A stretch of DNA of 64,000 nucleotides, taken from Azolla caroliniana (Eukaryota; Plantae; Polypodiophyta). The stretch is taken from assembly GCA_043228905.1 (NCBI GenBank), contig JBHGNT010000003.1, positions 21,266,001 to 21,330,000 on the forward strand, read 5' to 3'. This document shows positions 1 through 12,099 of this stretch, one piece after another. A model generated the notes under the pieces. That model had not been told where the DNA came from and did not search any database. It was given only the letters and a program-made list of their open reading frames with translations. A program made the position numbers and the translations under genes. How positions within the stretch are numbered: the first letter of the stretch is position 1; every line of letters begins with the position of its first letter.

Positions 1-323
1 CTAAAACATAGATAAACCACCCAACAAAAAGTCAAGGTTATGTCAAGTATAGCAAAAATCACTGAAGAGAAAGTCAATGAATGTCTTAAGAAATGAACAT
101 GTACATATCAAAAACATTAAGCATCTTGTCTTTATAAGTATACAATCAACTGAAAAACATTCAAAACACAGGTCGAGGATATAAAAAATGTTCCAAAAAA
201 CTGTTGAGGTCATGTATATGAAAAGCACTGAAGGAAATATTTAAGATTGTGTATACCAAAGACACAGGAGAAAAAGTCAAGGTCATACATATGAAAAACA
301 ATGAAATCTAAAGATTGTCTTAC

Positions 324-3300
324 CCTTGTTTGAACCATTCCGAAACGCTGCATCCTGAAGTTGCGGACTGTATTTTCAATATGTACAGCTGAAATATCAC
401 CTTGAAGAATGCGTCGTAATGTGTGATCAATAACACAGTAAGTCCCTGTTCTTCCTATACCAGCACTGCAAAAATGGTACATGTAAGTCATTAGGGTAAA
501 CCTAAATCTCTAAACGACCAACATATAAGGAACCAGATGATGTATGGAATTTCGGGTTACAACTTTCCGAGTTCTAAAACACATTAAATGGTGGAAAAAT
601 GAGTTTGTGATGAGTTTCTAACGGCATAACCTGCCTTAACAAATAACTTGTAGCAAACACAGCTGAATCTACATGATTATTGATGACCCTTCGAAAGCAT
701 CTTGCCTTCATGTTCCTTTGTAAGGTAAGATTCATCTTCTTTATCAATCAATAGGGGTGGCCAAAGATGGTCTTCTTAAGTGTAAAGACAAGTATTATTG
801 GAGATAATATGGCATTAAAAATATCCCTGGGATTTTCATGTGGTTCCACATAACGAACCACCATGAACTAGGTGTGTGTCTCTGTATTCCCCAAGAAAAG
901 GTTTGAAGATCGCATATTGCAAATAGGAAACTATGAAGAGAGTGCACATTACAAAATGAAGAATCCTTAGTAAAAATCTAATTTATTGGAAAAGCTTGGT
1001 GAGCTGAGTATGTGTGCATGCTGCTATACGATTCCTGCACAAATTATCAACCACCAAGAGTAGAAATGTAGATATTATATCAGGCATTTGGTGAATCACT
1101 TCTACTAACAGCATACTGAAGTCAATACAAATCCGTTTTTGGCAAGACATTGGTCCAAGCTACACCTGTGGCTTTCAGGAAAATGTAGCTGCCTATACTC
1201 ATATCAGAGAAGGTACCTAACATGGTGTGACTAGAAGGTACACAGTTTCAATGCAACATTAGCATTCATTATAGTACAAGGAATACCCTGAGCGCCTTCA
1301 ATAAACTACCCTGACAATGAAATAGCATAAATGAAAATAGAAAGTAGAAATTGAAACTTACCTGCAATGAACCACGAAAGGGCCAAAGTTGGAAGGCAAA
1401 TTGTGCAAAGTTCTAAACACAGCTCTTACAGATGTCGAGGATTCTGGAACACCATAATCAGGCCAATCCAAATGCAAATGCAGAACAGGAACTGGCGTAG
1501 AGTCTTCTCTCTATGCAAACATATGTAATGAAGAAAATCAAAAGAACATTCAAACAATTGGCAGTATTCAAGATAAAAAATGAACACCAACTATTATTAT
1601 TGCGCCTTTATTTGTAACATTCTATCCTATTGATACCATAATCACCCTTGTTTGACACCCATGGTGCTCATAAATTTTCCAGAAAATCCCTCCTCTAATA
1701 TCAACTTCCATTTACCTTGTGGTATAAGCAAGCCATTGATTTGCCATACAGCAACCATTCTGCCTACATTCTCTCGTGTGAATGCTTATGGTTATATCCA
1801 ACTCACTCTATAGATTGCTCAATGTGATTTCAGTGCATTCACTAATTTCATATCCTCAGACACTGTCAAGCAGTCTTGCTATACACGAATATAACTGCAA
1901 AAATCTAGATGTACAGCCGGCTTTCTTTTCTTTTCTTCTAGTGTCTTCACCCAAATTCCAGCATATGCTGGGGTAGTCTCTGTTCTTCAAGAATTATGTA
2001 TCCATTCCTTAGCATTTCAGAGTCCAATTTTGCATTTCTAAGAATAATTTAAGGACATGTTTTTTTTTATAATCTCAAGTGTTCACACTCCGTTGCTGAT
2101 TGGCAAGAGACCCACAGTGCAGATATAGTTTTCAAGACAAAAGTTCACCCACCCGGTTTGGAAATGCAAGCTGAGGCTCTTGTTCATTATGCTTTATAGT
2201 GTCTTTTAGTAAGGTTAAGATGCCACTAAAAGTATTTTTTATCTTCCAAAGCAGAAGGTACAAGTCCTAGAAGGCTACATGATTGGAGGAAACACGAACA
2301 ATCTTTTATCAATATAATACATGTCACCAATATGATCTAGCCAGTGTTTCATAATACTCATGCAGAACCTGAAGAGTAATGTTCAAGCACTACCTCTTAT
2401 GACAATGGGAAGTGTTTTTTCAGGGGAAAGAAGTATAGGAGGAAAATTATATTAGCATCCACTGGAGGCCAGAATCAATCTATGGAACGTCTTATTACAA
2501 ATTACTGCACAAGCAAGAAATGTAACAGCATATGTTGAAGCACATAAAATTATATAAACATCCTTTCGAGGCTAAACCTAACCTATGGCACATCTTATTA
2601 TGAATTACAGCAGATGCAAGAAATGTGATCAGATACTGAGGGTACAGAGTAAAGGCTAGGAGCAGCCGGCAAGATGGTGAAAGGCATTGTGAGTGGACTA
2701 TGGGGAACAGGCTCAAATGAACATACAAAAGAGAAAGACTATAAGGGTGAAAAATGGATAAGAAAATGACAGAGGATAGAGTAATTGGCTGGCTTTAGGC
2801 CTCCATAAATGGAGGCAGTTCGGTGAGTATAGGCTTCCAACTCCTTTACATGAAAACAATTGATTGTGTTAGGACCCTACTGAACTCCATAACCAACGAA
2901 CCATACTAATATATGTGATAGATGTAGTATCATAACTCCAGGGTACTGAAGAATCATCAAATTTCTACACATCTCAGAAAGAACATGAAAAGATTATGAG
3001 GGATTAACATAAATCTAGAGTTAAATACTAACATAATAAAAAAGGTTTAGGATCCAGCACCTAGGCTCAAATATCATATTAGAAATCATAGGGGAAATAA
3101 GAAATGATAAAAAAACGCATAAAAGTGAGTCAACAAGGTCATAAACCAAGCTACAAAAAAGTACATGTCTATGAGCAGCCTGTGAGAGTGAGAAGCCTCA
3201 TAAGTATGTAGTAGGAAACAGGATCAAATGTGGCTGTAACTAGAAGGATGAAAGCTAACTGGACTCTGGAAAATGATTGGTGAAGGAGACATTATATGAG

Positions 3301-6300
3301 CCCCAACTTAAGAGCAATTGGCCAACTGGAGGCCTCAATAAATGGGAGGTGTTAGGTGAGTATACACTCCCAATTACCTACTCAAAATGAGGGAAATTAA
3401 TTGTGTCCATACCCAGCTCCATAATGAAATTAACCATACTATCAGATATATGGCAGTAAGTAGCCCTAATCAGCTGATTGTTGCAGCATCCCAACTCTAG
3501 AGATGTAAATATTTCTGGAACGACTACTGGAGAGACAAAAATATATGAAAACCTCGTCAGAGGCCAAAACTGGCCTATGAGACAATGGGAATATCTTAAA
3601 AAGTTAAACCCTCTTTGCAAACAACAAACCATGTTTATGAGGTTTTGCAGTTGCATTGTCACCTTTCAACAATTTCATTCTGCCTTTTGATTTCTAGCAA
3701 GAACAGTTCCAAGCCTTGTTAATTTTCGTATTCCATTCTCTTGCAATGTGGACCAAAGCCTTGTTTGAAGAGGCAGTGCTATCTCCCCCTTATTGCATAA
3801 AAATCAAGACAACAACAAATGTAGAGATTCTCAGACTCCACATTCTAATGGCACAATTGGTAGATCCATTCTTCCATTAGATTTTCATATATGGCTGCCT
3901 GCCTCAATATCTAACTGATGAGCAAAGTACTAAGCCGCCATATCAAATTATGGTGCAAATGAGACAGATGCATATCTATATTAGGGGCCTGATGATAAAT
4001 CCATCCCCTGATGTGTAATAGAGAGGGCACCATAGCAGGCTACCCTCCTACCAAGAGGTGATGTGGGGCTAATCCACATTCTTCCATTATCCAATTTAAT
4101 AATATCAGTTCTATTCTTTTCCACTTTGGTCATGTCCAATTGTAAACAATCTGAGAGAGAGAGAGAGAACAAAAGAAAGAAAGATTTTCATGTATACCTC
4201 CAAATTCTTGATCTCCAGCAACCGTTGTACAACTGCATTCTTTGTGGTAATAGTTGATTTGTTTGTTATTTTGAACCTTCCATGAGTTTGGGATTGTTGT
4301 ACTTGGGCAGGAAAATAATTCCCACATTTCACCATCTGAAATAGGCAACTTCATATATGTTTAAGTCTCTGAGCTACTATACTTGAATATTCTTAATATT
4401 CAAACATTAGGAAAACGACAATAAATACCTCAGTATTTTTATCAACAAGATCTGTCAACATAACTATGACAGGACATTCTTGCTGCACTACCATCTCCCA
4501 AAAATCCACGTATGTATTTGGTAACGGTCCTTGTGTTGCAATAAATTTTGGCAAATTTTCTTGAGTAGAATCCTAAAGATAATGAAATTCTGTTAATTTA
4601 CCGAACTGTATCATAAGTTTAGATGATTGCCCACTCCTTTCAGGCATGTAAGCTTACAATTAAATGAGTATGAATGAAAACGTACCACAATATAGTTTGC
4701 ATTGATGTAAGATGTAAGACCACTTGCCTTCTCCTCCAGTATGACCCTTGTATCATCATCTTGATTTATTCATCAAGACCACCAAAAGTATTACTCAAGT
4801 GAAACCATTTAAAATATTTGTAAATCCATGACTAACATAAATGCATACATGGTAAGATATCAAGGTAGCGATTTTTTGGTAAGTTGCTCTCCAACCTCCC
4901 CACAACACAAGCCTGAAGCTTATTGACTTGCAACTTATTTGACTGGAAAACGTTCAGTTACTTGTCAGTACATAATACATGTGCATGTTTGAGGCAGCAA
5001 AAACATACTCATTCTTATGACCCTTGGCTATGTTCTGAGTGTTTGTGAAAGCATCTAAAACTTTAATGAACTATAATCTACAGCTTTTAATTTAAGGGGG
5101 CTGATAACAAATATCAATTTTACACAATTAAACATATTAATGAACGAAGTATCATTGCTAACATAGTCATGTGGAACAAGGATCAAGGGAGGGAATGGCA
5201 TGTACAAAACAAAATGTCTATCACAGCATTAGAATAAGTCAAATAAGTATAGAGAACAGTCAAATCACTAAAAGCACCACACAATTCAGCATCATTGCAA
5301 TCTAGATTGTATGTATGCAAAGCTTATACCAATTTATATGGAATCAGAATGATAAATTCCTACCCAGCATTGATTCACTCCACCAGAAACCTCATACTAC
5401 ATTGCTACAGGACCAGACATTGCAAATGCGTAGAGAATAATTAGCAAGTCCATGGTTAATCATGGCAAAGGCACATTGGGAAGCCACCAAGTCATTTACG
5501 AGATATTTGAAGGGGGGAAAGGTAAATGTCTATGTTATGGAAAGGGTCCATTGGGAGTCATTAGCAGGTTCATGGTTAACCAGGGCAAGGCATATTGAGA
5601 AGCCATCACATTAAATATGACATATGTGAAGGGAAAAAAAGTAAATGTCTATGTTATTGAAAGGGTCCATTAAAACTACATGGATTCTCTGACTACGATA
5701 TTGTAGCTGATACGGTGGATATACACAAATCTACTACTGGATATGTATTAATGCTTTCCAGTGGTGCACTCCCATTGTGTTCCAGATTGCCAAGGATTGT
5801 TGCATTGTCTACAACTGAGGCTCCATATATTTCAGTGATCAAGGCTTCCAAGCAGCCATATGGTTAGCACATCTCTGGAATGAGCTCGGTCTAGTTGAGA
5901 GAACACCACTCCTACATTGTGATGGGCAGAGAGCACCATATTCTTGGATACAAATGGTATGTTTCATGCACACACTATGCCCTTTGATGTGCAGTATCAC
6001 TCCATCAAGGAGGTGATAGAGGATGGGCTCATCTCATGACAAAAAATAGACCTCTTCCCTGAGTACACTACCCTTGGACAAAACAAGGAGATGACTAGTC
6101 TGTGCCAATATGGCAATGGCTTGCACAAGCTTCAAAAGCATCGGGAATCAACCCATCTATTAGCACATGGAGCATTGAGTCAGCCACGTATCATTGAATT
6201 GTTCCATAGGCCCACAGCAATGCTGATGAATTATCATTGTGTGAGTAGAGGAGTGCTGACAACAATCGAGACCATCAGTACCAGATCATGGAAAACATTG

Positions 6301-7673
6301 CTCAGCATATCTGAGTTGCTCCAGGGCATCCACCAGGCCATGGAGAACATTGTTCATCATATCCAAGCTGTGCATAAAGACACCCAGATGAAGTTCGTTC
6401 TTCATCATAGACTCACTAAACCATGCCAATCAACATCAGATACCATGTCCCCTCACCACCATTAATCCCATGCATTGTAGTTGTGGACTTCAAGCTTGTA
6501 AAACCATCTTCCAAATCATTACCGATTATGAAACCACCTTGTGCAATAAGATCATTATCAGGAATCTTTAGAAACCTAGAGTTTTCAGTATGCATAACCT
6601 GAAGATACCTGCATTTATAACCACTGATTTGTTCCATAGGCCGACTTCGATCTCTACTAGACATTAATGTATCTTTATTCTCATATTTGTCATTTTGAAT
6701 TGAACTTATTGCTGAAGTTCAGATTTTAGCATTGATGTTTCCAATATGCTCTAGCATCCAATAGCATTGTTATTTCATCATCTCATGAGTGACATACTCT
6801 ACCTCAAACAGGATCAAGTGAATCTATAATTTTAATTAATAAACATTTAGTCTTTTCATGCCATTCTCCATATGGGCTGACTATAATGCAAGCGATCATA
6901 ATAATTCATCGAGGGCTTTTATACAGTAGCCGCACATGGATCTCTATCTTTGAGCATGCAATCATGATAATACATAATGATCAAGATCCACCTAGCTCAG
7001 TGTAAGAAGGTTGGTTGGTTTTGAGGCATTGAGAGTGCAATGGCAAAAACTATTGACATTGTTGTATGAATATCCAATTTACACAAGACAGACATAGGGA
7101 AAAAACTTTTCCAGGTGCTAACATTGTCATCTGCCACCATAACATTTCACACACAACGACAAATTAGAAATGGTGTACCCTCTTTGCCTTTTATACTACA
7201 TATCTCTTTCAACAACCAAATGAGACCGGGAAGTTTTATTTACCAAGAATACCCCACCATAACATTTCATACACAACCACTAATTAGTATTTCGGGGTGA
7301 ATTTTTGGCTATGCATTTTTCGGGTTAAATTAAATGATATGCATTAATCATGATTCAAAGGTTGAATAAACGGTTACTAAATCATTCCAATCATCATGAT
7401 TAGGAGGCCCAAACAAGGAAACAGAATTGTGAGACCAAAAAAATAAAATAAAAGCATGGTCAAAGAATAAGAGGGTGAACACACCAGAAGGAAGTCGAAC
7501 TCTTTGTCAATGACTGGTTGAAGGCTACGGCCAGATGCGTTGAGTTTCTTGAGAAGGTGAACGACAGCATTTTGGCAGAGATTCACTTGCTTGGGGGTTA
7601 GTACAGGAAGGGTACTGGTGATACCATTGCTAGGGTTTAAGGCGAGGTTGCGAATATGCTCGATTCGATCCAT
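324..7673 (-). CDS. PTP1: Classical protein-tyrosine phosphatase (plant PTP1-like), multi-exon, 3' end runs off the window
   Basis: GT-AG exons read by hand: 7673-7485 ([14 protein letters not shown]), possible micro-exon 5396-5364, 4912-4849 (KNRYLDILP pTyr loop), 4759-4686 (DDTRVIL..YINANY), 4572-4429 ([19 protein letters not shown]), 4335-4198 (KCGNYFP), 1510-1362 (WPDYGVP..VVHCS), 465-324 ([15 protein letters not shown]). All canonical PTP motifs are in order with consistent phases. Confidence 0.93.
5440..6040 (+). mobile_element. Degenerate Ty1/copia RT/RNase H relic in PTP1 intron
   Basis: Translates with lesions to [28 protein letters not shown] (copia RNase H). It is preceded by a ~120-bp tandem duplication (5440-5550 / 5560-5670) of the RT C-terminal region. 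Confidence 0.75.
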
Positions 7674-7895
7674 GCTCACGGCAGGGACAGAGGAATACTT
7701 CCGGGAACCGAAAGAAGAAGAAGAAGAGGGAGGAGGGGGAGTGATGGGGGAGCCAAGGATGGTGGCGGATGAGTATGGGGCAGTGGAAGGGCTATTGGTT
7801 TGGGTTTGATGGGGACGGCCATTGTTGTTTTGGTAGGGGCTCACGCCACCGGCCTTGAGTGCGTTCCCCGTCTTGATGATCTTCGTTTTGTTCTT

Positions 7896-7898
<3 letters not shown>

Positions 7899-7963
<65 letters not shown>
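7899..7963. repeat. (CT/AG)n microsatellite in PTP1 5' region
   Basis: Perfect dinucleotide run; source of the RERERE/LSLSLS ORFs. Confidence 0.95.
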
Positions 7964-7967
<4 letters not shown>

Positions 7968-8049
7968 CTCGATCTTCTTGACGGATGTGTGATCTCTCAC
8001 TGGCGATTTCTTGACCTCTGTTCTTCAACTTGGTGTCTCTGCTCTGCAG

Positions 8050-8176
8050 CTCTTCTTCTTCCTCTTCTTCCTCTTCTTCCTCTTCCTCTTCCTCTTCCTC
8101 TTCCTCTTCCTCTTCTTCTTCTTCTTCCTCTTCTGCTTCTTCTTCTGCTTCTTCTTCTTCTTCTTCTTCCTTCTTC
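8050..8176. repeat. (CTT/CCT)n polypyrimidine trinucleotide tract followed by a degenerate TA/CA-rich tract (8250-8470)
   Basis: Directly visible simple repeats upstream of PTP1. Confidence 0.9.
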
Positions 8177-8474
8177 CCCTGCTGCAGCTGCCTCTGTTTT
8201 GTAGGGAGACTTTTAGAACAAATTGGAGACAGACTAGACTATTCATACATTTGCGTATATGTATAATGTATGTATACATACATACTATACATACATTATA
8301 CATATATGTGTATACATATACATATATACGTAATACATACACATATACATAATTATATATGTATGTGTATATATATAATATATTATGTATAATTATACAT
8401 AAAATATATATACATACTATATGTACATATATGTGTATACATACACATATACATATATAATTATATATTATGTA

Positions 8475-8787
8475 GGGAAAAGTACCAGAATACCCCTGGA
8501 AGTTCGTCTATTTACCAGAATGCCCCTGGAAGTTCCAAATTTACCAAACTACCCCTATGTCCAAAGAATTACACTTTATGAAGTAATTATACACTCAAAT
8601 CTTTGGTAAATAGGGCTAGTTCGGGTCGATTTCTTCCATCTTTCGTAAATAGGGCTTGTAGATTTGAGTGTATAATTACTTTATAAAGTATAATTTTTTG
8701 GACATAGGGGTAGTTTGGTAAATTTGGAACTTCCAGGGGCATTCTGGTAAATATATGAACTTCTAGGGGTATCCTAGTACTTTTCCC
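8475..8787. mobile_element. Mutator-like (MULE) MITE, 313 bp
   Basis: ~130-bp terminal inverted repeats (GGGAAAAGTACCAGAATACCCC... / ...GGGGTATCCTAGTACTTTTCCC) flanked by an exact 9-bp TSD TATTATGTA (8466-8474, 8788-8796). No coding capacity. Confidence 0.9.
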
Positions 8788-8943
8788 TATTATGTATACT
8801 TATACATAATATAGATGTATAAATTATAATTATACATCATTATATATATGTCTTTTGTAGCCTCCTTGAGTGTGTCCTCCACTCCACAAAACATACACAC
8901 ATAACACAATCCATCCCACAGGGGCTATTCACACAAAGAATCC

Positions 8944-9332
8944 CACAAATTAACGAATGGGCTAGTTTTGGTCTTCGAAGATATTAATATTTCTTTCTTT
9001 CTTTCTTTCTTTCTCCTCGAGAGGAGGTCGAGTTTCTTTTATGCCAGCATCCTCTCCTCTGATCTTTCGGATATCACAAATTAACGAATGGGTCAGTTTT
9101 GGTCTTCAAAGACGTTAATATATCTTTCTTTCTTTCTTTCTCCTCGAGAGGAGGTTGAGTTTCTTTTATGCCAGCATCCTCTCCTCTGATCTTTCAGAGA
9201 TGAACCCCACAAATTAACGAATGGGTCAGTTTTAGTCTTCAAAGACGTTAATATATCTTTCTTTCTTTCTTTCTCCCCGAGAGGAGGTCGAGTTTTTTTT
9301 ATGCCAGCATCCTCTCCTTTGATCTTTCGGAG
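8944..9332 (+). repeat. 3 x ~132-bp tandem repeat containing a LINE-like 3' tail motif
   Basis: Units start at 8944, 9075 and 9208 (CACAAATTAACGAATGGG..). Each contains GGGYYAGTTTTRGTCTTCRAAGAYRTTAATAT followed by (TTTC)n. Confidence 0.9.
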
Positions 9333-10044
9333 ATCTGGAAAAAAAGAGGAAGAAGTGAAGCCTAATTCGTGTAGGGCTCACCATACTTTAATACGCAGGT
9401 TTTAAACATTGGAACATTCGAGGGCAATTGGAAACGAAAAGAGCATTTGAGCACATGGGATATTGGTCACGCTTATCATATTCGTCCTCATCTAAGGTGT
9501 ATTATTATATATGTTTTGTAGTTTTCGTATCGGTTGTAGATGCCTTGCCTTGTATCTTTTCTTTCTCGATTTTGAAGAGGAATAAAATGATGTTCTCACT
9601 TGAGTAAACAAAGTTCAAAAAAACTTGATGATCTACAATGCCATCAACTTCTTCAAAGTATGTAGCATAGTATGAACCATACATGCATTCGCATTCGAGT
9701 ATGGTAAACATCCTCGAAGTATGGTCAATACCATACTTTTTGTATTCGTTATTTACTCTTATGGTAAAAAAGTGAGAAAAAAATTTAAAACATCAAAAAA
9801 ATAACAAAAAGGTTTTCATAACATATGCATTAGTTTGCAAACATACGAAAACAAATGTTTGAGCAAATGAATGTGAATATTACATTCTATGGTATGTAGA
9901 TTAGAAGATGGGTTTACCATTTCATCTTTTTGTCAAGAATAACGCACAAAGGAAACAATTGTATGGTTGCATCAATCTTATTGACTTTTTCCTCGTATGA
10001 AACATAGTTTTTTACCTAGAAATGACCTTGCTTCAAAAGGCGCC

Positions 10045-10180
10045 TATCTTTGCTTTCTTGAGATTGAAGTGAAAGGCATATTGGTTGTAGAATTCATGTA
10101 TCTTTGCTTTCTTGAGATTGAAGTGAAAGGCATATTGGTTGTAGAATTCATGTATCTTTGCTTTCTCAAAATTAAAGTAG
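10045..10180. repeat. 54-bp tandem repeat (2 perfect copies plus a partial copy)
   Basis: TATCTTTGCTTTCTTGAGATTGAAGTGAAAGGCATATTGGTTGTAGAATTCATG at 10045 and 10099, partial at 10153. Confidence 0.9.
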
Positions 10181-11039
10181 AAGAAAGTGATGTCACAACT
10201 TGGGTAAACAAGCCATCGAAAGTCAAAATCTATAATGTCAACAAACTCTTCAATGTAGATCCTAAGATGTGAATGAAGTAACGACGCACAATTCTATCAA
10301 TCTAGTTGACATTTTCCTCATTGGAGGTGTGTTTTTTGACCTTTTACTTCCCTTCCTTTAGAAAGCTCTTTGACATAATCAACATAAGATTATTATCAGA
10401 AATTTCAGCACGTGCTTTTGGCTTCTAACTTTGTTGAAATTGAAGTGCGAGAAAGTATTATCATAGTTAATCTATTTTATGAGGTTAAGATGTCAATAAC
10501 TACGTACTTACGTCAAATCTAGTTTACGCTTGTAGGGTAACAACGTAGAGCTTGCACTCAGATTGCAAATGCATGCATGGTGGAAAATTTTATGCTCTTT
10601 TTTTTGTCATTTGATTTGCGACATGGGCACACATGCAGTGCTTAAATGGCCCCATTTCATGTTTTGATTGTTTCATTTACAATTGAAGTGGAAAGAATAT
10701 GGTGTCATAATTGAGTGAAGTCACTAATTTGAAGCAAACATAGTGATCTCCACATTGTTTCCTCTCATTCTTTCATCACTTAATAAGTAAACAAAGTCTC
10801 CATGCATTTATGAGTTACAACAATAAGGTAGAAGGTATGCTCTTGCTAACATTCCCTTCTTGGATCCTACTATCCTAGATAACAAAACTTAGTATCGAGT
10901 AATGTTGTATATAATGAGCGTTTATTGAGTAATTGAGAAGACTTATTATTGCTATAGTCAATATTACAAGAAGAATCACACAATTACCCCCACCTTTTTA
11001 CATTCATGCTTCAAAATAAGGATTGGAGGCCCCAAGGTT

Positions 11040-11720
11040 GTGCACAACAAACTATATTTTTTGGTGGATTGGCCATGTCACACGTCTATACACAATCTTG
11101 CTAATGGCCTGACTCGCTTAAAATAGATTCATTGGCGATGTCTAATAATCCAAGTCATAGTTCATGTCTTGTGACGTGTGAAATTTGTATCGAAAGTGTG
11201 AGATGGTGTATGAGTACACACAAGGTCATACATTTTGGAAGACTCGAACTGGATTTTGTTACACATCTCCTATTTTCCAAATGTTTGATGCCATTTTGAC
11301 AAAGGTGGATTGATTTACTATTCAATGCACCAAGTCCATTGATAGCAATGAGACAATTGATTTGATAATGCAAGAAATATTCAAGCAAAATAAATTCCTA
11401 AGTGACATTCCCAAGATTGTGAGCCATTATTTATCTCAAAGATTTGGAAATTGTTGCTCAAGCTAATAGTATTCTTTTTGGAATATCTCTTCAAGCTATC
11501 ATCAACAGACTGGCCACCAAACTAAGTGTGCAATGCACATGTACAATAGTTTTTCATTTTTTCATCAACTATGATTAGGATGATCAGGATTACCATATTG
11601 CATTCTACAAAGTTTTCTTAGAATAGTTTAGTACATTTCTCCACCAAAACATACTCCATTCTTTGCTAGCATTGGCATTCATCCTCATAAGATAGCGTGA
11701 GTGTCTCAAAGTCTCAATAA
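11040..11720 (+). mobile_element. Highly degenerate Ty3/gypsy integrase relic
   Basis: Broken-frame motifs resembling FWW, LDFVTHL, DAILTKVD, SSYHQQT (cf. AYHPQTDGQ) and TPFFA..GIHP occur in integrase order. Confidence 0.6.
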
Positions 11721-12099
11721 ATTGGATATTTAACTCCAAGAGCTTCAAGCCAAACTTTCTCATCATTTGCATATGTATCGCTTTAAGACAATCACGAGAA
11801 TTCCCATCAAGTCAAAGTTGAGATCGTTGTGTCAATTCTTTGGGGATCATAAGTCCATTAGTTGAATGAACCAATGTCACGTGTAAATTAGGAGAATTGA
11901 TGTATGGTATGGCAAGGATATATGAAAGTTAGGAGAATTAACATATATGGTATGACTAATATATGAAACTAATAGTTTGAAGTCATGACCTTTTGTGCTA
12001 TATCATAATTGTTTATTGTTGCAAGCGAATTATATCAAAATTGCTTCCTTATGGTTGCTCTTGACATGTTTTTTAGTAATCCATTAATTTAATGTGCTT

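Noticed and set aside
7792-8352. Several ORFs with poly-RE, poly-LS, poly-S, poly-K/R and poly-F
   Set aside because: Artefacts of (CT)n and (CTT/CCT)n microsatellites; most start at non-ATG codons.
8944-9332. Possible retrozyme/hammerhead array or CRISPR-like repeat
   Set aside because: No CUGAnGA/GAAA core on either strand; units are repeated whole with no unique spacers; eukaryotic context.
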